Shown: piece by piece, positions 9,042 through 17,682 of the stretch
How the letters are laid out: every line of letters starts with the position of its first letter
Position numbering within the stretch: position 1 is the first letter of the stretch
Assembly (NCBI GenBank): GCA_900544985.1
Contig: UQXK01000001.1
Location: forward strand, 13,459 to 77,458
Source of the DNA: an uncultured Eubacteriales bacterium
Lineage (GTDB): Bacteria > Bacillota > Clostridia > Oscillospirales > CAG-272
Direction: 5' to 3'
DNA: 64,000 nt
Translations under genes and position numbers: made by a program
The notes under the pieces: generated by a model
What the model was told of the DNA's origin: nothing
Databases searched by the model: none
Seen by the model: only the letters and a program-made list of their open reading frames with translations

Positions 9042-10271
9042 TTAGCCCTCCTTGTTCACGAGCAAAGCTTTAACAGATCCGCGAGCTTCGTTCATACGCT
9101 CTTCGGAAGTTTTCTCTTTGCCTTCTTCCAAAACGCCCGGATTTGCGGAAACATTGTTCGCACCAGACATTTTATTGTCTTTAAGCGCATTTGTCATAAA
9201 CGCGCTACCGCTTCTTGCTGCTTTGGTGGCAGCGCGAAAAGCCATTTCCTGAGCAGTACAGGGATGCTCTCCATATTTAGCTTCGCGTACAGTTTCATCA
9301 TCAAATAAATGTGCTATCTCATCAATTTCAGAAAGTCTGTTGCGCTCCGCTTCTGTCGCATTGTTGACAGCGGTGGTATTTTCGTCTGACAAAGCAGCTC
9401 TCACATCGCTTTCAACCTGTGTTGCGAGCTCCGGATTTTCTGTTCGGAGCTCTTCAAGATTTCTTGCCATAGGGGTTCCTCCTTCGTTGCTGTCGGTGTC
9501 AGCCGACGTATTATTTATAACTGCCGCTTGTGCGGTTGTTACTGTTGGTATAATATCGGGCGCGACTATGCCGTGCGCCAAGTGCATTTGACGACCTTTT
9601 ACAAATAAGGTTTTTCTATCTGCGCTTGCGGCGATAGATATTTCGTTTTCTTCCGAAAGCTCGTCCGCAAACCCCTTATCAACTGCTTCTTTGCCGGTCA
9701 TATATGTTGTTTCGGACATCATATGAGAAATAACGGTGTCTGAAAGTCCGCACTTTCGATTGTAAATACTGATTTGCGCCTGATCCCAAGCGTCGTTTTG
9801 TTTCGCCGCGGCTCTCAAATCATCGGCATTGTAGCCTCCGAAAATAAATGACCAGCATTTATGAATCATTACAAGGCTTGATGGATTTACAATTACATGA
9901 TCGCATGCGCACATTATGAGAGAGCCTCCGGACATTGCTACTCCGTCAACGATACAAGTCAATTCCACTCCGCTCTGTGCAAGTTCGCGAAGCCTGTTGT
10001 GGATTAGAATAGAAACGCCGGCATCGCCGCCGAGCGAGTTCATGCGAAGTTTTAGCTTCTTCGCTCCGGAAGATACTATTGTATTAAGGTCATTCAAAAA
10101 TTCATCTTGAATGATATATGAACCATCAATCGGCTCATCTGTCCACCAATCACGCGGCTGCGCTTCCACAATTTCGCCATACATAGTAATTTCCGCGCTA
10201 TCATTCTCGATACTTGCCATTGTGTAGCAAGGACGTTTTATGTTAATTGGTGTGAAGTTATTCTTCGCCAT
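9042..10271 (-). CDS. Prohead protease (ClpP/S49-like) fused to scaffold-like C-terminal region
   Basis: 409 aa. The N-terminal half has ClpP-type motifs (MNSLGGDAGVSILIHNRLR..VDGVAMSGGSLIMCACDHVIVNPSSLVMIHKCW). The C-terminal half is an acidic, helical scaffold-like sequence. Confidence 0.85.
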   Translation of the reverse strand: MAKNNFTPINIKRPCYTMASIENDSAEITMYGEIVEAQPRDWWTDEPIDGSYIIQDEFLNDLNTIVSSGAKKLKLRMNSLGGDAGVSILIHNRLRELAQSGVELTCIVDGVAMSGGSLIMCACDHVIVNPSSLVMIHKCWSFIFGGYNADDLRAAAKQNDAWDQAQISIYNRKCGLSDTVISHMMSETTYMTGKEAVDKGFADELSEENEISIAASADRKTLFVKGRQMHLAHGIVAPDIIPTVTTAQAAVINNTSADTDSNEGGTPMARNLEELRTENPELATQVESDVRAALSDENTTAVNNATEAERNRLSEIDEIAHLFDDETVREAKYGEHPCTAQEMAFRAATKAARSGSAFMTNALKDNKMSGANNVSANPGVLEEGKEKTSEERMNEARGSVKALLVNKEG

Positions 10272-11817
10272 TATTGATATCTCCTTCTTTTTGTGCCGTT
10301 TTCATTGACATTCCGAAACGGTCTGTTTCTTGGATTATTGTCTCGGCATTATTTTCCCAATCCCCACCGTAATACTCTCTTGTTATTTGCTCGTTTGTCT
10401 TCCAGCCATGAGCAACAAGCATTTCGTTCGCGGTTGCTTCTTTGACAGGATCAAGATGTGTTTGCGCCGGACCGTCCCATCGAGCGCAAGACCATGCGGC
10501 GCGTACAAGCGGATTATCAAAAAATCCAGGTGCTTTGATGCGCCCGATGGCAACCGCTTCCGCAAGCCAACATTCATATATAGGTTGACAGAAATCGTTT
10601 ATAAACCACGAGCGACGCATTTTGAATGCTTCCCATGCTTCTTCAAGGGCACCTTTGGCGGCGCTGTAAGATGAATTGAATTCTTTAATCAAAACATCAT
10701 AGGGAAGCTCTGATGACGCGCCGACCATCTTGCAAATTGTTTTTACAAAGTTTTCAAATCCCGCTGTTGGTATATTTGGATTGCCTAATGTTACACTTTC
10801 ACCGGGAGCAAGATGATTTATCACGCCCGGTCCCATTTCGTATTCATTGGCGCTTTCGCTTATATTATCAGGCTGATCTCCCGGTATGCCATCTATATCC
10901 CCGCTTCCAGTTTCGTTTAAAGGAAAATCGGTGTTGTCCGTTTCTGTCGTAATCCATGCCGTGAGAAATGATTGTACGAGCGCCGCCATGAGCTCGCTTT
11001 CAGTGTAACGTCTTAGTTGCAATAATGTTTCGATATTTGGAGCAAGATATGTAACTCCGCGATATTGGTCTGGGCGTTCCGCATCCATTACTTGCAGAAT
11101 ATTCGGAAGCCCTGTTAGTTTACCTCGCGCCTCAACTCGTTGCCAGGTTTTATCCTCCGAAGTTGTTTGCCCAGGATAAACGTTGCTTATATGATAAGCA
11201 ACGACCTTTCCGTCTTTATTAACTTCAACACCGTCGTAGATTTTGTTTCCGTTATCGGTGTTTTCGCCGTTGGTCAAGCTGGGGGCAAATCCCCTTAAAA
11301 ACTCTGTTGGCGTACTTATCCTATCAGCTTCAACAAGATGGATTCTTAAAGTGTAAGGATTGAGCTGTGTTTTATCGTATCGCTTCATTACGGCGAATAT
11401 ATCTCCGGACATTAACCATGACTTTATAGCAAGCTGTTGAAGCTCGTAAAAATTATTCATGCCAAGCGCGTCGCAGTTATCTTTTTGCTCAGCCCACATT
11501 TTCCACTCTGCTTCTGTTTTTCGTTGCCAATCTCTCGCGGCTTCATCTGATAGCCCTAAAATATCGCGATTGATCGCGCATTTCATGTGCAATCCCGGAC
11601 CTACTACCTTTGTGCGATTTGTATTTATGGCGGCGGAAGCAATCGGCGATGCCATATATAGCATTCTTCCGCGTTGACGTAAAGTTTTATTATTAAAATC
11701 AATATCCTCGTTGGGTGCTCCGCTTTGGGCAATGAATCCTTTTAGAGCTCGCTTTGTAAGGCTTGCCCCGGCATCGCTATATCCTTTAACTTTGGGAATA
11801 TTCTTTTTTTCTATCAT
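10258..11817 (-). CDS. Portal protein (lambda gpB family)
   Basis: Large ORF located between the gpW-like gene and the protease gene. The ATG at 11817 has GGAG 7 nt upstream. The track start at 11889 (GTG) would run into the hicA promoter and is less likely. Confidence 0.85.
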   Translation of the reverse strand: MIEKKNIPKVKGYSDAGASLTKRALKGFIAQSGAPNEDIDFNNKTLRQRGRMLYMASPIASAAINTNRTKVVGPGLHMKCAINRDILGLSDEAARDWQRKTEAEWKMWAEQKDNCDALGMNNFYELQQLAIKSWLMSGDIFAVMKRYDKTQLNPYTLRIHLVEADRISTPTEFLRGFAPSLTNGENTDNGNKIYDGVEVNKDGKVVAYHISNVYPGQTTSEDKTWQRVEARGKLTGLPNILQVMDAERPDQYRGVTYLAPNIETLLQLRRYTESELMAALVQSFLTAWITTETDNTDFPLNETGSGDIDGIPGDQPDNISESANEYEMGPGVINHLAPGESVTLGNPNIPTAGFENFVKTICKMVGASSELPYDVLIKEFNSSYSAAKGALEEAWEAFKMRRSWFINDFCQPIYECWLAEAVAIGRIKAPGFFDNPLVRAAWSCARWDGPAQTHLDPVKEATANEMLVAHGWKTNEQITREYYGGDWENNAETIIQETDRFGMSMKTAQKEGDINNGEE

Positions 11818-11882
11818 AAAAAATCTCCGAATACGTGTTTTTGCACGTAACAAATTGTTAACAAATAAATTTTGAAAAACCG

Positions 11883-11911
11883 TTGACACGTATAAAAATA
11901 CGTGTTATAAT
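11883..11911 (+). promoter_or_regulatory. hicAB promoter with embedded operator palindrome
   Basis: TTGACA (11883-11888), a 17-nt spacer, then TGT-TATAAT (11906-11911). The spacer is the perfect inverted repeat ACACGTAT-AAAA-ATACGTGT (11886-11905). A further ATACGTGT half-site within ACGTG-N6-CACGT lies at 11831-11848. Confidence 0.6.
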
Positions 11912-11934
11912 ATAAATGTAAGGAGGACGGGAAA

Positions 11935-12132
11935 ATGAAAAGCTATTCTTCGAAAGAAGTAATCAAAATCTTACAAGACGATGGTTGGTATGAAGTACAC
12001 TGCGTCGGAGATCATCACCAATTCAAGCATCCGGCAAAACCCGGAAGAGTGACCGTCACTCACCCAGTAAAGGATATTCCGATCAAAACACTAAAAAGCA
12101 TTGAAAAGCAAGCAGGGCTTAAAATTAAATAA
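11935..12132 (+). CDS. hicA: HicA mRNA-interferase toxin
   Basis: 65 aa. SSKEVIKILQDDGWYEVHCVGDHHQFKHPAKPGRVTVTHPVKDIPIKTLKSIEKQAGL matches the HicA/YcfA pattern. Confidence 0.9.
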   Translation: MKSYSSKEVIKILQDDGWYEVHCVGDHHQFKHPAKPGRVTVTHPVKDIPIKTLKSIEKQAGLKIK

Positions 12133-12169
12133 GCCCTGCTCTCAAAAAACATAAGAAAGGAACTGTTGT

Positions 12170-12571
12170 ATGAAAAATCGTTATTTATTTCCGGCTATTT
12201 TTACACCAGATGAAAAAGGTATCTCTATTGAATTTCCAGACCTTCCCGGTTGTCTTCCTTGCGCTGAAACAATGGAAGAGGGAATGAAAAATGCTCATGA
12301 AGCTCTCGGTCTTCATTTATACGGTATGGAAGAAGATCATGAATCTATTCCCGAACCCTCCAATATTTCTTCTATAAAAGTGCCGGCAGGAAGTACGCTT
12401 TGCATGATTGAAGTATTTATGCCGATTTTTCGCGAAAACATTCGTAGTTCATCCGTCAAAAAAACTCTTACTATTCCATACTGGTTGAACGCCGAAGCTG
12501 AAAAAATGGGAATCAATTTTTCGCAAGTTTTACAGGAAGCTTTAAAAAATCAAATCTATCATTCTATTTAA
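12170..12571 (+). CDS. hicB: HicB antitoxin
   Basis: 133 aa. YLFPAIFTPDEKGISIEFPDLPGCLPCAETMEEGMKNAHEALGLHL is the HicB N-terminal fold signature. The C-terminal SVKKTLTIPYWLNAEAEKMGINFSQVLQEALK is RHH-like. Confidence 0.85.
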   Translation: MKNRYLFPAIFTPDEKGISIEFPDLPGCLPCAETMEEGMKNAHEALGLHLYGMEEDHESIPEPSNISSIKVPAGSTLCMIEVFMPIFRENIRSSSVKKTLTIPYWLNAEAEKMGINFSQVLQEALKNQIYHSI

Positions 12572-12596
12572 AAAAAGAGCCGAAAGGCTCTTTTTT
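12571..12596. terminator. Bidirectional intrinsic terminator after hicB
   Basis: AAAAAA-GAGCC-gaaa-GGCTC-TTTTTT immediately after the hicB stop codon. Confidence 0.7.
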
Positions 12597-12677
12597 ATAG
12601 CAAAAAACGGATATGGGACAGTAAAAGGAGCGAATACTGTTCCATCTCCGTAGCACAGCCGAAAGGCTTGTACTCAA

Positions 12678-12935
12678 TTAAAAATCTCTCGGCACTACGC
12701 CGACAGACTTGCGCGGACTTCTGCCATTCATTATAGCTTCGTACTCCGCTTGCTTTCTTACAGCTTTATCAATTTCCGCTGTAAGAGTATCTATGTCAAA
12801 GCGCGTAAGGCTTCGACCGTCGATTGTATATGATTTAACACCGCCATCAAGCAGTTTCAGCTTTGCTTCGGTGAGTTTTTCAATAAGTTTGCAATAATAT
12901 TCATAAAGGGCTTTTGCCTGCGTTCTGCTTATCAT
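12678..12935 (-). CDS. Head-tail joining protein (lambda gpW-like)
   Basis: 85 aa directly downstream of the GpA-type terminase gene. KSYTIDGRSLTRFDIDTLTAEIDKAVRKQAEYE is typical of the gpW family. Confidence 0.8.
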   Translation of the reverse strand: MISRTQAKALYEYYCKLIEKLTEAKLKLLDGGVKSYTIDGRSLTRFDIDTLTAEIDKAVRKQAEYEAIMNGRSPRKSVGVVPRDF

Positions 12936-12942
12936 TATTTAC

Positions 12943-14862
12943 CTACCATTCGTCGTAATATTTTTTCGCGGACGGCTTTTTCTTCTGAATGGACTTTTTA
13001 GAAGCTATTTGAGGCGTTGCAACCGTTGTGTTTCCGCTCGCGGTTATTGATTTTAGTCTTCTTTCCAACGCGTCATAATTAGGCTGTAAGGCTTTTGCTG
13101 CTGCAAGCGCATAGTCTCGGCAATCAAGAGGCTCGTTTCGTTCATGCCCGGGAATTTTTTCCCATTGCCAAGGATTTCTTCGTCCTGATTTATACACGAG
13201 ATGTTCGGATAAAAGACCGCGAAAATATGGCGCATCGTAATCGTCCCTGCGCGGGAAATGACAATATTTAGGACCGGGCTTTTGTACACGCAAATTGTCC
13301 ATTATTAAAGATTTTCCGGCGTCAACTCCGATTTCAAAAACCCAGCATGTTCCCACCGCCCGACCGTTTATTACAATTTTTTGTTTTTTTGGCGGGGAAG
13401 TATAAGGTACACCATCGCCGCCACGACCTTTGATAGGGAACATCTTTTTACCTTGTCTTTCACGGCAGCGCATACGAACATCTTGCGTAAAGTGACCGCC
13501 TTCGTCGATAAATGTCATTGATATCGGCAATCCGATTCCGTTTTCAAATCGATAAATATGATTGACAACATCATCAAGAGCGTTCCAAGCTTCGTCTGTG
13601 TCAGGTCGTCCCATTATAATGCCTTTTTGAATTCCCCACGTTTCTCCGAAATGACCGTGTCCGACAACTTCATATTCAAATCTGTCGTCCTGTGTATCAA
13701 CACCGCAAGTCAAACAAAGAACGCCGTCTGGCAATTCCGCTTTGTATTCCTCGCGACGAGACATTACGCTATCTTCATCTTCGAGATCTCCGCGGTCCTC
13801 CCAAAGCAATCCGAAACGTGTGTTATAAACGACCTGCATTTTTTTCGAATTTCCGATTGCTTTCAGATAAAGAATGATAGTGGATTTCCATGACGCCCAC
13901 GGCGAGATCCACGACGACAGCCAAAACGAGCGTGTCCCGTGTTGTTCGTAAGCACTGGGATTTTCTGCAACCCATTTAGAGGGCTGTTTTTTCATATCGC
14001 TTTCAGATGATATTCCGCCGCATAAAGGGCAAACATAAAAAAGACTTGTTATTTTATATGTCTTTTCATTTCCGACAATGGTTTCTTCTTTCTCGAAACG
14101 GATGTTATCAAATGTTATCTCGCTGTATTCACCACAATGAGGGCATTGGGTCTTCCATCTCTCCATTGTGCCATTAGCGTATGCATCCTCAATTGCGGAA
14201 GCCCCTCTTATTGTAGGCGTTGATACTTCCACCGATTTTGCATTATAAAAAGTAATCTGCCTTGCCGTTGCAAGTTCCCACGGGTCGCCCTCGTTTCCCG
14301 CACTCGTTGCCCAGCGATCACGCTCATCGCCAAATATGTATCTAATAGGCTTTGATGCCAAAGCATGAGCTTCGGTCGAACCGCACATGGTCAGAATGCC
14401 GCCGGGATATGATTTTTGCAAAATAGTGTTTGCGCTGTCCCTGCTTTTCGGGTCAGCCACTTTTGCTTTTAATGATTTGCAATCGCGTATCATTGGAGCG
14501 ATTCGGAGTTTAGAATATTCCTTCGCGTCTATCGTTGTCGGATGAACGAAAAGTATTGACCCCGGATCTTGGTCTATGATATAGCCGAGCATGTTATTGA
14601 TTGTCTCAGATTTTCCGACCTGTGAGGAAGAAACAAGAACTATATGACGAACTTTTGGGTCATTAAACGCGTCCATCGGTTCTTTGAGATAGGGAGTGCG
14701 ACTGGTGCGCCATGGTCCGACTTCCGCTGAACTTTCAGGGGAAAGCCGACGTTTTTTATCTGCCCACTCGGAAACGGTCAGCTTCTCGGGCGGACGCATG
14801 GCGGCTATCGATTTTGATATGGCGGCATTCAGACGAATCTCATCATTCTTCTTCGTCATCAT
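12943..14862 (-). CDS. Terminase large subunit (lambda GpA family)
   Basis: 639 aa. LTVSEWADKKRRLSPESSAEVGPWRTSRTPYLKEPMDAF..LVSSSQVGKSE is the GpA N-terminal signature including the Walker A-like motif. Confidence 0.9.
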   Translation of the reverse strand: MMTKKNDEIRLNAAISKSIAAMRPPEKLTVSEWADKKRRLSPESSAEVGPWRTSRTPYLKEPMDAFNDPKVRHIVLVSSSQVGKSETINNMLGYIIDQDPGSILFVHPTTIDAKEYSKLRIAPMIRDCKSLKAKVADPKSRDSANTILQKSYPGGILTMCGSTEAHALASKPIRYIFGDERDRWATSAGNEGDPWELATARQITFYNAKSVEVSTPTIRGASAIEDAYANGTMERWKTQCPHCGEYSEITFDNIRFEKEETIVGNEKTYKITSLFYVCPLCGGISSESDMKKQPSKWVAENPSAYEQHGTRSFWLSSWISPWASWKSTIILYLKAIGNSKKMQVVYNTRFGLLWEDRGDLEDEDSVMSRREEYKAELPDGVLCLTCGVDTQDDRFEYEVVGHGHFGETWGIQKGIIMGRPDTDEAWNALDDVVNHIYRFENGIGLPISMTFIDEGGHFTQDVRMRCRERQGKKMFPIKGRGGDGVPYTSPPKKQKIVINGRAVGTCWVFEIGVDAGKSLIMDNLRVQKPGPKYCHFPRRDDYDAPYFRGLLSEHLVYKSGRRNPWQWEKIPGHERNEPLDCRDYALAAAKALQPNYDALERRLKSITASGNTTVATPQIASKKSIQKKKPSAKKYYDEW

Positions 14863-15466
14863 CTGTATGCTCGGTTGTTTCGAGCTTCAATCTTTCGCGT
14901 ACTTTTTCTTGATATTTTGCCGCATCGTATTTATAGTTAGACAATTCCTCCATCACCTTATAAACTTCGCACTCTATAATAGAAGACGCCTCTGCGGAAT
15001 CTTTTGCAGAAACAACATCAACGGCAAGTCTGCCGGGCAAAGCAAGCAAGGCACTACGAATAGCAAAAATTAAATCCTCTGTCATTGCTGCCACATCTTC
15101 GGAACGGTGCATTTTTCCGAGGCGCTCTTTTGCTTCGAGCGACGCAACCGTTGCTTTTGCCTGCTTAAATGTTGCCTCGGCTTTTCGTTTGATTGCTTCG
15201 ATCTCTTGCTCCTTATCATTCTTTTCTTCCGAGCGAGCATCAAGCATTTCAATATAGGAGCGAATTGTAGATGACAATTCGTACAAAGCACCATGTGGTG
15301 TTTGCTTCTTATAAAGAATACCTTGACTCGTCAGCTGTCCAATCCATTGATTGCTTTTTCCTGTTATCGCACAAATATCAGCTGTTTTTAAATATATAGG
15401 TGTGCCCGGTTGCAATACGTATATTGAATCGTCTTTAATGTCTGCAACCGATTTTGATTTCGCCAC
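14843..15466 (-). CDS. Terminase small subunit (Nu1-like)
   Basis: 207 aa overlapping the terL start by 20 nt. It has an N-terminal HTH-like LKTADICAITGKSNQWIGQLTSQGIL, comparable to the Nu1 winged HTH, followed by a coiled coil. GTG start with AAAGGAG 9 nt upstream. Confidence 0.7.
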   Translation of the reverse strand: MAKSKSVADIKDDSIYVLQPGTPIYLKTADICAITGKSNQWIGQLTSQGILYKKQTPHGALYELSSTIRSYIEMLDARSEEKNDKEQEIEAIKRKAEATFKQAKATVASLEAKERLGKMHRSEDVAAMTEDLIFAIRSALLALPGRLAVDVVSAKDSAEASSIIECEVYKVMEELSNYKYDAAKYQEKVRERLKLETTEHTDDDEEE

Positions 15467-15489
15467 AACAAATCGCTCCTTTCATTGTG

Positions 15490-15539
15490 AAAAAATAGCG
15501 GGCGGCTACCACCATTTTACGCTACTTATCAACCGCCCG
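15490..15539. other. GC-rich dyad CGGGCGG-N27-CCGCCCG upstream of terS (candidate cos region; alternatively a weak terminator)
   Basis: The plus strand reads aaaaaatagCGGGCGGCTACCAccattttacgctacttatcaaCCGCCCGg. GGGCGGCTACCA matches 10 of 12 positions of the lambda cohesive end GGGCGGCGACCT. It lies 25-70 nt upstream of a Nu1/GpA-type terminase operon. Confidence 0.4.
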
Positions 15540-15589
15540 GAGTTTTTCGCAACCCGCTTAAAATAGATGGCGGGATATTTATAAAGGTT

Positions 15590-15811
15590 TCAAGATTTAC
15601 TTTTACCGTATTTATCAACATGGAAAGTGTCTTCCCAATTACGGTATCTATCGCGCTCAACCACATCGGGAGTGCATTGTTTGTTACATCGTTTATTATT
15701 TCGCATGCAAATACATAAATTTTTTCCGTCTTTATTGTCAATAAAGACTTTTATGTATTCAATGCCAAGCTTCTCATTCAAAACCTCTCCTCCTGTGGTT
15801 GTATTTTTCAA
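15590..15811 (-). CDS. Hypothetical small protein
   Basis: 73-aa ORF with a 4-nt ATGA overlap with the upstream ORF 15808..15990. Cys-rich (CICMRNNKRCNKQC). No family recognised. Confidence 0.35.
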   Translation of the reverse strand: MKNTTTGGEVLNEKLGIEYIKVFIDNKDGKNLCICMRNNKRCNKQCTPDVVERDRYRNWEDTFHVDKYGKSKS

Positions 15812-15990
15812 TTAAAGTTCCCGATTTTTCCTTCGGTAACTGAGTGAAATTTGGGGTCGACGAGCCCGCAAGGTTTTCCAAGTCTTTCACAGTACCTTGA
15901 CAGGCAGAGCCGCCGATTGCAACGCGACGAATTGCCCCGAAGAGAGTTTTTGGAATTGTCCGAGAAGGATAACTCGATATAATTCTTCAT
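15808..15990 (-). CDS. Hypothetical small protein
   Basis: 60-aa ORF, 26 nt downstream of the IbrB-like gene, coupled to the next ORF. Confidence 0.3.
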   Translation of the reverse strand: MKNYIELSFSDNSKNSLRGNSSRCNRRLCLSRYCERLGKPCGLVDPKFHSVTEGKIGNFN

Positions 15991-16016
15991 ACGCTCTACG
16001 GGGCTATAAGTGTATC

Positions 16017-16535
16017 TTAAAGTTTGGTGAGCAATTCGGCATTGCTATGTTTTGTCATTCCTTTGCTCATCATGGCAAGGAAATCATCTTTTGAAAAGTC
16101 GGACAGTCGGAATACTTCTTCGGGTTTCATTCCGAGCTGCTTGCTGATCTCGTCTACCGATTTGTTTTCGTCCATCAATCTTTTAACGATGGCTTTCATT
16201 GGTTCGAGAAGATGAGTTCCGCGAGCGCGGTTATGCGTTACAGTTCCGTATATATCTTCCGACTTGTCTTTGTGATCTACGATTACCACGGGAACTTTAC
16301 CGTTTAACATAGAAAGAAGAGGTTCTTCTCCCGATACCGTCCATCTGTGGAATCCATCTATGATCGTATAATCAGGACGTACAACAATTGGTAGAGTCCA
16401 TCCATTTGTTAATATTGATTGAGCAAGCAGTTTGAGATTTTCTTTGCTAACCTTGTTTGGGTTGTAATCATTAGGGTGTAACAGATTTCTATCAACCCAT
16501 TGTAATGATCCTAAGGGCGCGAATATATCAGCCAT
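16017..16535 (-). CDS. ParB-N (sulfiredoxin-fold) domain protein, IbrB-like
   Basis: 172 aa. LLHPNDYNPNKVSKENLKLLAQSILTNGWTLPIVVRPDYTIIDGFHRW is a ParB/Srx N-terminal domain signature. It overlaps the IbrA-like gene by 8 nt. Confidence 0.8.
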   Translation of the reverse strand: MADIFAPLGSLQWVDRNLLHPNDYNPNKVSKENLKLLAQSILTNGWTLPIVVRPDYTIIDGFHRWTVSGEEPLLSMLNGKVPVVIVDHKDKSEDIYGTVTHNRARGTHLLEPMKAIVKRLMDENKSVDEISKQLGMKPEEVFRLSDFSKDDFLAMMSKGMTKHSNAELLTKL

Positions 16536-17682
16536 TTATCTCGCCTCCTTTCTGGAAGCGTTTGCTGTCTTCTACATAATGGCAGAAGACATCTTGAAAA
16601 ACGGCGCGCAATGTTCTTGTCTTGGGATCTCCCGCAAGCAGACCATCATAAAGTTTTCTATAATCACGTGGTCGTGCCATGCCCTCAATTTTTATAAGGG
16701 CTCTTCGATATTGTTCAGCAACATGCTTTTGATGATCCGTATGAAAATACTTACCGGGATTCTTGATGAGCATATCGATAAGCTCGGATTTGTAGTCTCT
16801 ATCGTCGCGCTTTTCCAATGACTGACGGTTGCGTGTGCTACGTCCGAACATTTCGCTATCCCAATATAAAGCGGCAAGGTAGGCGTTTGGCTCTCTCCTT
16901 ATTACGCGTTCCATAAGGTCAGGATAGTATTCGTTCATTCGTACAAGACACGCAGCCGTGTCAGAAGAAAAGAATTGTGACACACGGAGTTGTCCTTTTC
17001 CAATTCCTGCTTGCCACATATAAAGATAAATACTCGGTATCTCTATATGTTCTTCTTTGAGATATAACCATACATCGCTTGTCTTCCAGTCATAGATTGG
17101 ATAGATCTGTCTGTTCCCCGTGATGCCTTTGGCGCCCATATTTAAGGCCGCCATATATTGAAGACGCTGTATGGATTCAGCCGCTCTCACGCCTGTCATC
17201 ATTATCCCGCCTTTTGTAACTCTCGGCAGGAACGCTTGATAGTTATCTGCACGAGGTTTTAGAAGCGGGTGTGATCTCACAGCGAATGGCGGCGGTTGTC
17301 TTACCCAAACGTCGCTTTTGGTACTATCCCAACAGATAAATGATTCATCTGACGTCAGCTGGTTAAAGCAGTTGAAGTGTCGGACTTCAAGACAGTACCA
17401 ATCAAATTTTGTGCCGGCAAGAAGAAATTTCTTACGCCATGTTTTCACAGTTTCTTCGATGCAGGGAAATATAGCCTCTTCATCAATGAATAATACTGTG
17501 AGCTGAGAAGCGTTTATTTCGCCAGAGCACAGTAGGGAATAGACAAGCTGCGCAATGCACAAACTGTCTTTTCCTCCGGAGAATGACATATATACAGGCA
17601 AGCCGTTTGCAAATACATTTTTGATTCGCTTTTTTGCCGCTGTAACGACATCCATATCAGATTTAACGCGCTTTACAGCCAT
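16528..17682 (-). CDS. PAPS-reductase-family PP-loop protein, IbrA-like (long C-terminal extension)
   Basis: 384 aa with the PP-loop motif YMSFSGGKDSLCIAQLV. The architecture, with a ~150-aa helical C-terminal extension, resembles IbrA-type proteins. Confidence 0.85.
   Translation of the reverse strand: MAVKRVKSDMDVVTAAKKRIKNVFANGLPVYMSFSGGKDSLCIAQLVYSLLCSGEINASQLTVLFIDEEAIFPCIEETVKTWRKKFLLAGTKFDWYCLEVRHFNCFNQLTSDESFICWDSTKSDVWVRQPPPFAVRSHPLLKPRADNYQAFLPRVTKGGIMMTGVRAAESIQRLQYMAALNMGAKGITGNRQIYPIYDWKTSDVWLYLKEEHIEIPSIYLYMWQAGIGKGQLRVSQFFSSDTAACLVRMNEYYPDLMERVIRREPNAYLAALYWDSEMFGRSTRNRQSLEKRDDRDYKSELIDMLIKNPGKYFHTDHQKHVAEQYRRALIKIEGMARPRDYRKLYDGLLAGDPKTRTLRAVFQDVFCHYVEDSKRFQKGGEING

Noticed and set aside
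15490-15539. Calling the GC-rich dyad upstream of terS a confident intrinsic terminator
   Set aside because: A 7-bp stem with a 27-nt loop is a poor terminator. It is kept as an ambiguous regulatory or cos candidate instead.
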